NCBI RefSeq assembly: GCF_009914755.1
Contig: NC_060941.1
Strand: one strand, 5' to 3'
DNA: 64,000 nt
Source: the human T2T-CHM13v2.0 reference genome, Homo sapiens
In this document: positions 52,141 through 64,000 of the stretch, piece after piece
Layout of the letters: each line of letters opens with the position of its first letter
Position numbering within the stretch: position 1 is the stretch's first letter
Program-made: the position numbers and the translations under genes
The notes under the pieces: generated by a model
The model's database searches: none
What the model was told of the DNA's origin: nothing
What the model saw: only the letters and a program-made list of their open reading frames with translations

Positions 52141-55100
52141 ATAATTAGAGTGACTTTGTACACAAATTGGCAAAATGTTAACTGGTGAAAATGGACCATA
52201 TCTCTGATTTTTCAGTTGAAAATTTTCAAAAGAAAAAATAATTCTAGCCCTCAGCCAGTGCTGGGAAACTTCCAGTCAGCCAAAGCTCCCTGCTGACCAG
52301 AACAGCTTACCTCCCCTCTCCCCTCCAGGCTCTTCCCTCCCTGTTCCTTCGGCCCAGCTCCCCAACTCTGAAACAAGAGAAAGGGCCAGCTAATTTGGTT
52401 CGCCTTTTAAAGAAGACATGCCCATCATTACGGAGGGAAGAGAAGAGAGCGAAAGTAGAAGAGACTCAAGTTCTAGGCCTGGCTTTGTCCTCAAGAGCCG
52501 TGGGTGAGCTAGAGCCAGCCATGCACAGAGCTACGGGGAGCAGAACCCCTCCCTGGTCCTTCCAGGTCTCCCACTCACTAATTCTTGGCCCCTTAGAGGA
52601 AAAAGTTCCCTTAGAGAAGACAAATCAGCTTATTTTATTCAACAGTTCAGTAACAAAGGAAATGAAATGCTCTTTTTTCCTGTATACACACAGAAAGGTC
52701 ACACCAAAACCCAAGACGGCAAAGGCCCACGTACTTGCCCCCTCCTGCTAGCTGCCCACCCAGTCTGGGGCTCTGGGCTCTCCCAAAGCACACAATGGGT
52801 TCGCTGTGTCCCCAGCTTTGCTGAGAAGTGCTCGCCCAGATCACCACCTGGTCTCATCATAACCCCTCCTGTCACCTCTTCCCTCCCTACCTCAAAGAAT
52901 GACCTGAAGAACTGGACATCAGCATCCCAGGAGACCCTCCCCTTGCTGTCTGTCACTCGTCAGTACCTGAAGACCTGGGACATTGCCTCTCTGTCTCCAC
53001 ATCACTGGGTTGCGTCTCTCCTTTTGCAGCCCAGGGGCTTCTGGGATTAATGGAGGTCCATCCAGTCCTGGGTGCTAAAGAGCCTGTGGCTTAAATCCCA
53101 TTAACAAATCCCCTTGGTTCAGGGTTGGGATGGAAGCTGGGGAGCTGCTGCCAGGTTCCAGAGGGGCCAAAGGAAAGATGGAAATAATAATAAGGCAGTC
53201 AGACTGCCTCACATCCACTTTATCGCTACTCATTTTGTCACCTCATTAGACACAGGGCTGGGAAAACACTTGCTCCCATTTAAAAGCGCGTTGTTGACAT
53301 TCAGTAAATGAGCATTCGTCTTCCCAGTCACCCAGAGCAAACAAAAGTCAGGCTGAAGGGAGCAGCCCCTGCAGAGACGTTTCTCACAGGGCAACATTTC
53401 TGAATGTGAACCAAAGTCAGCACCGTGAGCTCCACCTGGAAGTACGGGGCTGTGCAGGCCAATGGTGGAGCCCGTGCCCACCTGGAAGAGCAATTTGCCT
53501 TTCTGCTCAGGGAAGATCATTGATGCCAGGTTTCTGTGAAAGGCTAGTTTCATCTGTTTTCCCCTGGGTCCCTCCTAGAAAGATGGGAGTTTTCTTCCCT
53601 TGGAATGTCATTTTGCCTGGTTAAGCCCAGAAACAGATTCCCTGTAAGAGCAAGGGAGTCTGCCTCACTTGTCCCAAGTGTGGAGAAACAGGCGCTTTTA
53701 TGAGATGTTTCGCTCCACACCCACGTATGTTCCATGGAACACCGCAAACATCAGGGAGTGGAGGTGGCTGTTAATAGCCCAGGGACTGGACAGGAAAATC
53801 GGTGCAGCCCAAATTTGTGCTGCCTGGGGGCTATTTCTACCGCACCACACCCTGGGCATCTTGCAAAGGGCATTTGGGCAGCTGGGGAGTCGGGTTATTG
53901 GGCCCCTGTTGGTTGGCTGTGGTTAAGGTGCAGGGGTTAACTTACTTACATGTGTCAGAGTGTGCAAAGCCTCTGCCTTAGAGTGAAACCTGAGGGGATC
54001 CCCAGGAGACCCTGATTTGAAGGTGATATCTGGGTAGAGAGTACCGGCCCTCCGGCATTTTTGCACCATCATTTCAACTCATGTTTTCTTAAAGTGGAGA
54101 GGTTAGGGTCATGGTTGCAGAGTGAGTTGGAGGGGACTCGGACATCGTGTTAGGCAGTCCTCTCCACAGCCCCTCATTTAGAGCTGAGGACCACGAGGAG
54201 CTGATATGTTACTGGGAATAACTAAGGTCTGAGTTACCTTCTCAACAACAACCAAAAGTGACTGTATAATTTTTGCTCTGGCTGTCCAGACATCTTTAGA
54301 AAAAGTCAAGTCATGACCATATCCTGTTGATTCATGAAGCCAAATTAAAATTAAGCTTCTTCAGGAAGCCCTGCCTTCTATATTCTCTCCAATTATACCA
54401 TTCATTCCACAACTAGGAAGGAGAAGGAGCTGCCACGTATTGGCTTAATGTCTGGAGTTACCTGTGTTTCTGTTTGGCAGCGGACATCCAGGGTGTTTGG
54501 GAAGCAAGCACCTGCTGTAAGAAACAGACTGATCCATGCTCCTAACCCCCCTCCAGCCAAGCATCCCCATTCCTCAGGCACCTCACCTATTTGCGAAACT
54601 CTTCAACATGCCTCTCCAAGTTTCATCAAAATGCTCAGACGACTCTAAACATCCCCCGAGAGGAATTTCTGAGGTCTTTCAGATTCCATTAAAACATCAA
54701 CATTATTCCCCCATCCCACTCCTAGTATATATATATTTCTTAAACAAGGAGATTGAAAAAAATGGGTTTGAATATCTGTGCTGGTGGTTATATCTCTGAG
54801 AGGTCTTAGATGGATCACCAGAGTGTTGAGGGGACTTTTGATTAATTGTGAAGCACTTTCAATCTGTTCTTTAGTGGGAAAAAGAAAGAAAGAAAGAAAA
54901 GAGGAAAAACCCATGCCCCAAGTGGCTTGCTCAATTTGCACAAACCTCATAAGAACCTGCTTCTCACTCATCCATGTTGGAACGGTCACTGCCACCCCAG
55001 AGTGCGTGGCAGGAAAACCCGAACCCTGGGGCCTCAGTGGCTTCACACAGAAGCAAGTAATGGGACAAAGAGTCAAAGCTGTGTGCTCCCTACGCTCCTA

Positions 55101-56146
55101 AAAACCCAACACTGACGCTGCCCACAGTTCTCTGTTTCATTAAACACAAGTCCCAATGTCACCTTCTTAGACATTTTTCCTATGTAACTGAAGGCAAAAC
55201 ACATTAAATATTTGCTCTCGTCTTCCTATGATGAGAGTTAGCTAGCAGGCTCATAAATAATCCATTGACCAGGTTCACTTTTCTGGACAAAACTGATGGT
55301 AAAAATACATACACAAAGTCTTTGTAATGTCTGATTCAGAAATTCTACCCCTCTCAAATTCTTCAGAGTCCCAAATGGAAAAGGAACAATTCAATATGCA
55401 AAAGCCCCAGTTCAGAAGAAAATCTGCTCCTTAGCCCAAGACCCAAATCCACTCTTGAGCTCCAGAGAGCTTTTTTTCAAGAACAAGTTTGAATGTACAC
55501 AATTTTCAAGCAAATGATGGTTATATCCTTCAACCACGTAGCACAGTCGTTGGAGTTGGAGTTTCACATACATTCTGAATGGCCTGTGAGGTGTCTGAGA
55601 GCGCCTCAGCTCTGACAGTGAAACCACCCAAGCGCACGGAGACTCGGCCCACTTAGGCGCCACTCAGAGATTTCTCTAGCTGTCTGGGCATTTGTGTCAA
55701 CCAGAACTCTCCCTTTGCATAAAGCCACCTGCACGCGATGACAGCAAAGTAAAGATCAAACATAAACCATGGGTTGAAACGAAAGCAAGCAACTCTTCCC
55801 AAAGCGCAGGACAGCACTTTGCTCAAGACCCTCTTTAAGGGGTCTTTCACGGGTCCTCAAGAGGTTGCAAAGCCCCTGCAACAATAGACAAAGGAGCCCC
55901 CTACGCCCGCCCACTTCGAGCACTCCACGTTCCTCGTCTCCCACTCTGGCCGGTCAGCTTCAGCTCTGGCTCTTGCTGAGCGTGGAGGGCGCAGGGGCAG
56001 GATCCGGCGCCCACCGCTGGGGCGCATGCACCTCCTCGCCTCCTCGCAGGGCGGTGGGGCGCAGCGGTTCTATCCCCCTCCCCGAGGCGGGGAAGAAGGT
56101 CTGGAAAGAAACGTGGGTTCGAGGCGGAGAGGAAAAGCGGACCCAC

Positions 56147-56231
56147 CTGCCAGGCTGCGCGGGGAGGCTGGTCCCGGGCTGGGCAGGCGGGCTGGCCTCG
56201 CGCCCTCGAGGCACCCGGCGGCGCTGGCTGT
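56147..56231 (-). other. SLC6A4: SLC6A4 non-coding exon 1A (start approximate)
   Basis: Minus strand ACAGCCAGCGCC...CCTGGCAG|GTGGGT donor. Lies ~25 nt downstream of a TATA-like box within a CpG island. Matches my recollection of the SERT mRNA 5' end. Confidence 0.88.
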
Positions 56232-56254
56232 GCGGAGGGGCGCCGGCGCGGCCG

Positions 56255-56262
56255 TATTTGTA
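56255..56262 (-). promoter_or_regulatory. TATA-like box TACAAATA
   Basis: Sole AT-rich octamer 24-31 nt upstream of the exon 1A start. Confidence 0.75.
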
Positions 56263-56325
56263 CCCGCGGGCCCTCACATGGTCTGATCTCTAGATAGCCG
56301 CCGCCAAAGAGCTCTTGAAGAATTT

Positions 56326-56333
56326 TTGCGTCA
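56326..56333 (-). promoter_or_regulatory. CRE-like / ATF-C/EBP composite motif TGACGCAA at about -99
   Basis: TTGCGTCA on +. Confidence 0.65.
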
Positions 56334-56920
56334 CTTTGAGGCGAATAAACTTAATGCTTCCCCGCGGCCGCGGCTCCGCGCTCCCGCTGGATGGGGTTGC
56401 GCTCGCCAGGGAGGGGCCGCGCTACGGGGCGGGGTGCGCGCCCGACCCCAGAGCCAGGAGGGGAGGGACCCCCGACACACACACACGCTCGCAGGGAGGA
56501 GCGGAGCGCGGAGCAGCCGGCAGGGCAGGGCCGAGCGAGGAATCCTGACTTTCCTGCTCTTTAACTTTGCGGGAGGGGGGAGGCTGCACAAAGGAGCAGG
56601 TGTGCGCCTCCCCTGCCGCCCCGCGCCCACAGGACGGCACACAGGGGTCTGCTCGTGCCGCTTTCTCTTGACCTCGGACACCTCCCCATCGTCCCCATCC
56701 CGAAAGCTGCTCTCTCTTTCTTCCTGGGACCTAGCAGTACTCGATACCCATGCGTTTATCTGACTGACCGGCTGGGATGTGAGCTCAGCTTAGAGGCCCT
56801 TGTCTAATTCCTCTCCGTCCCCAGAGTCTCACAATAAAGACTTCCACAATGAAGGAATGAAGAACTGGTTCTCATTTTGTTAACCAGCTACAGTTCAAAG
56901 CTGCGTCAAAAAGGAGCACA

Positions 56921-57185
<265 letters not shown>

Positions 57186-57630
57186 CTATTGTTTTGAACC
57201 ATGTGCATGTAGTTTTGATAATTTTTTCAAAAAGTTTAAAAATTGATTTAATGTTAATATCCTTTTTGCTAAAATTATTTAAAACTTTAAAAAGGGCACA
57301 TGCAGTACTTGCTTTGGGTTGTCCCTGAGGCGGAAAGGAGAGGGCTCTACCTCTCCCCAAGAGGAGGCCAGGAACGATAGGAAGTAGAAGACCGAAAGGA
57401 AATAGCAGTGACAAGTTTGCAGCTCCAGAGAAGCCACCGCCCCTTGTACTTGGAGGAACTGACCCCTGAAAACTGTGCGGCCGGTTGGGCTGAGCGTCTA
57501 GAGGGACTGAGCTGGACAACCACGGGCAAGCGAGGGCAGCTCCCAGCGGGTGGAGTCCGCGCGGGATTCTGGTGCCACCTAGACGCCAGGGCGGGGACCG
57601 CAAGGTGGGCGGGAGGCTTGGAGGCCGGGA

Positions 57631-57983
57631 TGCGGGGGAATACTGGTAGGGTGCAAGGAGAATGCTGGAGGGGTGCAGGGGGGATGCCGGGGGTGCATGG
57701 GGGGATGCTGGGGGGTGCAGGGGGGATACTGCGAGGGGTGCAGGGGGGATAATGGGGGTTGCAGGGGAGATCCTGGGAGAGGTGCAGGGGGATGCTGGAA
57801 GGGCTGCAGGGGGGATGCTGGGGGTGCAGGGGAGATGCTGGGGGGGCTGCAGGGGGGATGCTGGGGGTGCAGGGGGGATGCCGCGAGGGGTGAAGGGGGG
57901 GATAATGGGGGATGCAGGAGCGATCCTAGGAGGGGTACAGGGAGTTGCTGGGAGGTTGCAGGGGGGATGCTGGGAGGGCTGCA
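57631..57983. repeat. 5-HTTLPR promoter VNTR, 16 units of 20-23 bp (long allele, LA type)
   Basis: Sixteen imperfect TGCAGGGGGGATGCTGGGGG units counted. The classic primer sites (57501 and 58029) span 529 bp. T at 57862 (A on -) means no CCGG at the rs25531 position. Confidence 0.95.
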
Positions 57984-60866
57984 GTAGGGACATTAGGGGT
58001 TAGGTGCTGGCATTCAGAGCGGCAACGCCAGGCGGGAGAATCCCCAACAAGCTTGGGAATTTCACCCCCAGGGGCAGCGCCTGCACGGGAGTGGGGCCTC
58101 CTCCTTTCAGATGAACACAGTTGTCTGCTGCCTCCCACGTTCCACTTCTTAAATGAGCATGTTTGTGCTGTATAGGCAAGGGCAACAGAAAACGCAAAGT
58201 GTCCTTTCCAGGAGGGCCAAAGGAGGGGGGCAGGGACGCTGGGAAGAGGCGCCAAAGCGGAGGACGGCTGCAGGGGTGACTTCAGCGCTTGGCTACCAAG
58301 ACCAGGTCTGTCCAGTGTGACTTCTTAGCACTTCTTAATTGTGCAGTCTCGCCACTTCTGATCTTCCTTCTAGACTCTTTCTAGCCGAAGATGCATTCCT
58401 GCCCAGCGCGCAGCCCCTCCCTATGGCACTGCCCTGTTCTGTGCAGGTGCTGCCTAGAGAGTGGGCACCCTGTGGACCTGGGTCAAATCCCGGCCCCCAC
58501 CCTGTACTGTGGTGTGGGCTTGACCGAGCTCCTTAACCTCAAGCTGTCTGGCCTTTGTGTCTCTGTTTGTGAAGTAGGGAGGATGATCTCAGTGGGCACT
58601 GCCCAGCTGTGGGTGGGGAAGGGGCCAACTCCTTGCAGGCCCTGTGCGCTGGGCCCTTCCTCCAAGGGGGCCTTCGACCCCTCCTCTCTCTGGCCGGGTG
58701 GTCCCATCTCCTCCCCTCTTGCTCCCCAGCTGCGGGCAACCACCATTAGCAAATGACATTAGAATTACACAGACGGCCCCGCCCTGGTTCCCCCTGCCTC
58801 CATGGCAGAGTCCGCACACAACTGGCCCAGACCCTCCCCCTCTCTCTAAACAGGTGTTTCTCTTCCTCCTGCCCTGGGCACCATCCCACAGAGAGGCCAG
58901 GCCCACCTGCAGGTCCTCACCTCCACAGAGCCAGCCTCTCTTGAGCAGCTCCGCTCTGCCTTCTGATACTCATCGCCACAAGCACCTTGTCCTTCCTCGG
59001 CCTCCCACTCCCTCCCTCTGAGCCCGCGCCCTGCTCCCCTGCCTGGCGGTCAGTCGACTGCCCCGCCCCGCCTCCAATTCAGGTGGACAGGCTTCAGCGT
59101 CCACTACCGGGGAAGAGGCAGCCCCGCACCCGTGCCTCCCCCCGCCTCTGGGCCGCTCCTTCCCAGCCTGAGCCTGACCGCATGAGGAAGGCACAACCTC
59201 TCTGCTCCAGAGACCTGGAGAGGCCGGGAGGCCCTGTCCTGGGCATGGAAGGCAGGAGGGAGCCCTGAGTGCGGCAGGAGGGAAGCAGCGCTTCAGGGGA
59301 AGGATCTAATGGCTGTGACCTGCGTGGGCTGCAGGTAAGAGTAGGGGGGAAGGGGGTTGTCGTGGTGGTTGGGACAGACGGGTTCCTTAGAATGTGAATG
59401 CAGGCGTCAGCTGGTGGCCGCAGGGAAGAGATGCAAGCCAGAAACCCAGCAGGCACCTGCGAAGCTTGGTGCTGGTGGTGTATAGGGACAGCCAGGGAGA
59501 TGTCAAGGGCGACAGGTCCTGGGCAGCTGGGAAGAGGCTGCCTGGCAATCACCGCACAGCAATAGTTTTTCTTTGTTCACCTGCTTGAGCCCAGAAATAG
59601 TGGGGCTTAGAAGCTGCTCTGGGGCTCAGAATAAATACAAGCTTTCACTTTAAGAGGAAAGGGGCACATAAATATTTACACCTGCCCCAAACACCACCAA
59701 GAAAACCCACTTCCTGGAAGTCTCAAAGGCCAGCAGTGAGTCCCCTGTGGAGCCAGCCAGGACCGAACCATGCGAATCCCAGGCTCTCCCTCCGGAAGCC
59801 CTTGGTGCCATCTGTCTGTCCTGTCTCTGCCCTGTTTATACAATAACGAAAGAAGAAGGCCCACCCCTCCTTGTGGGCTTTTTCTCAGGCCCAGGAAAAT
59901 GCTGACAATATTCAGTCCTTAGAGTGTCATCTTGCTCCATTCCCACCAGCACCTCCCCGACACCCCTGGTTTTTCCTGGGACCCCCAGTTTTTCCTGGCA
60001 TGGTTCTGGTGACTCTACATTCATGTTCAGTGGCACCTCCAAGGCAGGACTTGCTGCCACTGTGAACCCTGGGCTCATCTCTACGGAGGTCTCCATGGGA
60101 GCCCCTAGCAGGCCCACCCCATCCAGATGAAGCAAGCTAAAGGGAACTCCAGACAAGGTCCTTTTGGGAGTGCGGGGGGTTTGGGGGAGGAACAGATCAG
60201 GTTCAGCCCTAAGAAAGGCCAGAAACATTTGGAAGTAGGTTCATTTTGTCATTGGTCATTTTTCCCAGCTCCTTCCCCTCATTCCTCCAGAGCCTTCTGC
60301 CTTTGCTAAACCCTCCTCCTAGCACCCCATCACCCGGTCTCCCACCTCCCTCTCCCCAGCCCCACCATCCTCTTGACTTGAACTCCCATTATCTCTCAGT
60401 CAGGTATTACGGCAGCAGCCTCACCACACCACTCACTCTATGATAACACCCCAAACACCCCCAGAAGCACTTGCTGGGCAAATGCTAATGCCAATAACAA
60501 TAACTAAGACTTTTATAGCACTTTCTATCTAAGCCCCATAATTAATTCCCTCAGTCTTCACCATGGGCCCCTGCTGCTTCCACAACCCCATTGAGAGGCA
60601 CAGTAATAATTGTTTAAAATCAGTAAGTATTTGTCAGATTAGCATCGATTTAAGTTTCTGTTGCTAACCCTGCTTAACTCATTGTATATTCAGACTTCAC
60701 AGATAATTTTTTCTAAAAGAGAGGAAAAGGCAGGAGTGGCTGATGTGGAAAGGCCCAGCTTGAAGGATACTCACACGTGAGGAGAAATCAGGGTGTAGGT
60801 GACACCCCAGACTTTACAGATACTGTGACTACCCCACGATCTATCTGCAATCTCTGTGAGCCATGG

Positions 60867-61668
60867 TGTAGCAGGACGAGCCTCAGACAAAACCCTTCAG
60901 ATGCCAGGTTGAAGAAGGAAGTGGCTTTATTCGGCTGGGAGCATCAGCGGACTCATGTCTCAAGAACTGAGCTCCCTGAAAAAGAAATTCCTGGCCCTTT
61001 TAAGGGCTTACCACTCTAAGGGGTACACGTGAAAGGGTTGTGATAGATCGAGCAAGCGTGGGGAACATGACTGGGGGCTACATGCATCAGCTAACAGAAC
61101 AGAAACTTTTGCAATGCTTCCTCATACAATGCCTGGAATTTACAGATAACACAAGTAGTTTAGGTCAGGGGTTGATATTATTATTATTATTATTATTTTA
61201 TTTTATTTTATTTTGAGACAGAGTCTTGCTCTGTTGCCCAGGCTGGAGTGCAGTGGCGCAATCTTGGCTTGCTGCAAGCTCCTCCTCGGTTCATGCCATT
61301 CTCCTGCCTCAGCCTCCCGAGTAGCTGGGACTACAGGCACCCACCACCATGCCCGGCTAATTTTTGTATTTTTAGTAGAGATGGGTTTCACCTTGTTAGC
61401 CAGGATGGTCTCGATCTCCTGACCTTGTGATCCACCCACCTCAGCCTCCCAAAGTGCTGGGATTACAGGCGTGAGCCACCACGCCCGGCCTATTATTATT
61501 TTTTAACCACCAGGGCCGGGTGGTGGTGCCAAGGTCGTCTGGCTATTTATCTTACTTCTGTTTTTTTTCTGACTTTTTGCTTTTTTCCTTATCTTCTGTC
61601 TTATAAACTAGGTGGGTCGGAGGGGAGGAGGAGAAGGGCAGCAGGAGAAGTGGTGGTCTCCTTCCTTA
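60867..61668 (-). mobile_element. Solo ERV1-class LTR (LTR15-like), interrupted by an Alu
   Basis: Minus strand begins TAAGGAAGGAGACCACC and ends ...CTCGTCCTGCTACA, typical of the LTR2/LTR15 group. Internal AATAAA near 60926. Flanks ATGG/AGGG resemble a 4-bp TSD. Subfamily called from memory. Confidence 0.75.
61177..61490 (-). mobile_element. Alu (young, Y/Sc-like) inserted in the LTR
   Basis: Alu consensus with a (TTA/TTTTA)n tail. Confidence 0.9.
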
Positions 61669-63306
61669 AGGGTTTATGATTTCTACTTCCTCCCTAGGGG
61701 ATTCCCTTCCCTGACTTCATCAGCCAGGGCCACACTCCAGAGGGCAGCTGTTTTTCCCTTCCACGTTGGTGGAGATGTTGACGCCAGAAGCACAGAGAAC
61801 CAGGGAGGGCCCCACCGCCCTGTACACATACAGCTGTTGCAGCACCTTGGTCCCTCTCCGAATTTCCCAGGCTCTGGGTTCCCAAGGGACAGGGTGCTGC
61901 CTCTCTCCATGCCTCAACACCTATCACTGTGTGGGCGCACAGCAGGCTCCATAAATGTACACACCAGCAATGAAGGGCTAGGAAAATGCCTCTGAGTCTT
62001 ACCAGACTTAGTGCCATAAAACCAGGGCCCCAGTGGCATATCCACCAATGGAGTACCATGCAGCAGGTAGAAAGAGTAAGGCAGTTTTCTATGGGCTGAT
62101 CTGGGGGAGTTCTCAAGATTTATTGTAAATGGAGGAAAAAAAATGCATAGAACAGTTGTTACTCCAAATTGTTGAGGGCAAGGCATGGGGGCTGATATGT
62201 GTATTGAAATCTGTAAGCACACAGAAGAGACTGGGAACAGTAGGTGCCTTGGAGGCAGAGGACATTAGGATGGAGGGAAACCCCCTTTGTCAATGTCTAC
62301 CCTGCTATACTATTTAAATATTTGCCATGTGCAGGTGATATTTTTATGAAACTTTTTCAGAAAAGCATTTTTTAATTATAAAAGGCAAAGAAAGAAAGGG
62401 GTAACGGTGGAAGGGAGGGAAAAGAAAGAAAAGAGGGGAAGGGAAAAAAAAAGATGTTCTAAGGGGCCTCAAGTTTCTCACAAAGGAGGGAGGAGCCCTA
62501 GGGAGTTTGAAGGAGTTCAGCTCCATGTTACACCAGACGCACTACCCACCAAATCGTGCCACATTACACATCACCAGTGCTGTTCACTTAAGCAGGACAT
62601 TTTTTTTTCCTATTTATTAGCAAAGATGCTGGGAGCCAAGAGGTGAAGTCCAAGGCTTTGCTCAAGATCTGATCAAAGAGCTAGACCTACTCTTAGAACT
62701 CAAGCCCTCTGCTCCCAGCTCCTGAAGCCAATCCTCTCTCCTGTACCCCATTTCCATTTTTCTTTCTCCTGCTCAAGTTTATAAGACACTCACCCTCTCT
62801 TTGGCTCTTCCTCTCAGCAAACTTCAGGGTAAATTGTGCCTCTCCATCTAGGAAGGGCTTCCCTTAGTTTCTTCTTGGTAAGCTGATCACCCTCACCCTT
62901 GACGTCTGCGTTCACTGTGGGTTGAAGTTACTTTAAAACAAGTCAGCACGTTACCTTCTCCAACTTCAAGCCCTTTCACAATTATTACGGAGTTTACTGC
63001 AAGATCTCTCTCATATAAAGTCACCTTTTCAACTGGTTCATGCATAAACATGTTATTTTCCCAAGTAAATGACAAATTTGGTTGGAGAGAAGGGAATTGT
63101 TTTAACTCCCAGAGGGGCTCCCACAACACTGGACACATTGAAGAATCTCCATGAGAACTGTTTTTAATAAAAGCTGCCATTTATTGAGCCTCTACTAGGC
63201 ACATTATATGCATTATCTTCTGTCCTTTTTCTACCATATGGGAAATATGCAATATAAACTGGTATTATTATTTTTGGATAACTATATATGTTATCAAAAA
63301 ATATAG

Positions 63307-63605
<299 letters not shown>

Positions 63606-64000
63606 GTGAATAAATTTTAATATTGTTTTTCAACAAAGGAAGCATGGAAACAGAGGCTGAGAGAGATTAAGTAGCTTCTCCACATTTATACAGACTTGCC
63701 AGGTGTAGGCACTTATATGCTTGCCAAGTGGCAAGGCCAGCATATCTGAGTCCAAAGGCCCTGCTCTTCCCGCTGTGTTGGGCTGATTTGAAACAAAAAA
63801 GGTTCAAGCAGTGAGGAAGCCAGGTAAGCCTCTGTGGTTCTCTCCCTACCTATTCTCCCCACTGCCAGGAACCTGCATGAAATGAAATCAAGACCTTAAT
63901 GTGAAATGTTGAAATACAAACATCTCCAGGGGCTTTGTTCTTGTTCTACTTGTCCCTGCTGAGCAAGTTATAGTGAAGCTGACTTCAGGTCTATGTAAAA

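Larger units (their letters stand above)
55900..56700. promoter_or_regulatory. SLC6A4: CpG island spanning the SLC6A4 promoter, exon 1A and start of intron 1
   Basis: Very high GC and CpG density; GC boxes (GGGGCGGGG near 56426). Confidence 0.92.

Overview
This is human genomic DNA that I recognise as the NSRP1-SLC6A4 locus (17q11.2). The + strand carries the last two exons and 3' UTR of NSRP1 (to ~7030). The - strand carries the complete serotonin transporter gene SLC6A4, convergent with NSRP1. SLC6A4 comprises a CpG-island promoter with exon 1A (~56147-56231), non-coding exon 1B (43354-43450) and 13 coding exons (42493 down to 19009). All coding exons have GT-AG boundaries, and their lengths sum to 1893 nt = 630 aa + stop. 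The 3' UTR has proximal, distal and far-distal poly(A) signals. Known VNTRs are visible: 5-HTTLPR (16 units, long allele, A at the rs25531 position), STin2 (10 units) and the intron-7 (GAAA)n tract. The rest is dense Alu, L1, MIR and MER/MADE1 sequence, plus a solo ERV1 LTR upstream. Almost all ORF-track entries are Alu or low-complexity artefacts. I found no wholly new multi-gene system. The best leads are small regulatory architectures in SLC6A4: (1) an exon-1B-terminal ATG in frame with the main ATG, giving a 42-aa N-terminal extension, with a 14-bp duplication setting the frame and a 7-codon uORF; (2) a perfectly duplicated 5' splice site after exon 4 whose use gives an immediate stop; (3) a 19-bp direct repeat bracketing exon 10; (4) inverted Alus around exon 11; (5) a 140-bp pure purine tract and a 27-bp perfect palindrome in intron 1. 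Exon numbers use the legacy 1A/1B/2-14 scheme. Repeat boundaries are approximate and subfamily calls are by eye.
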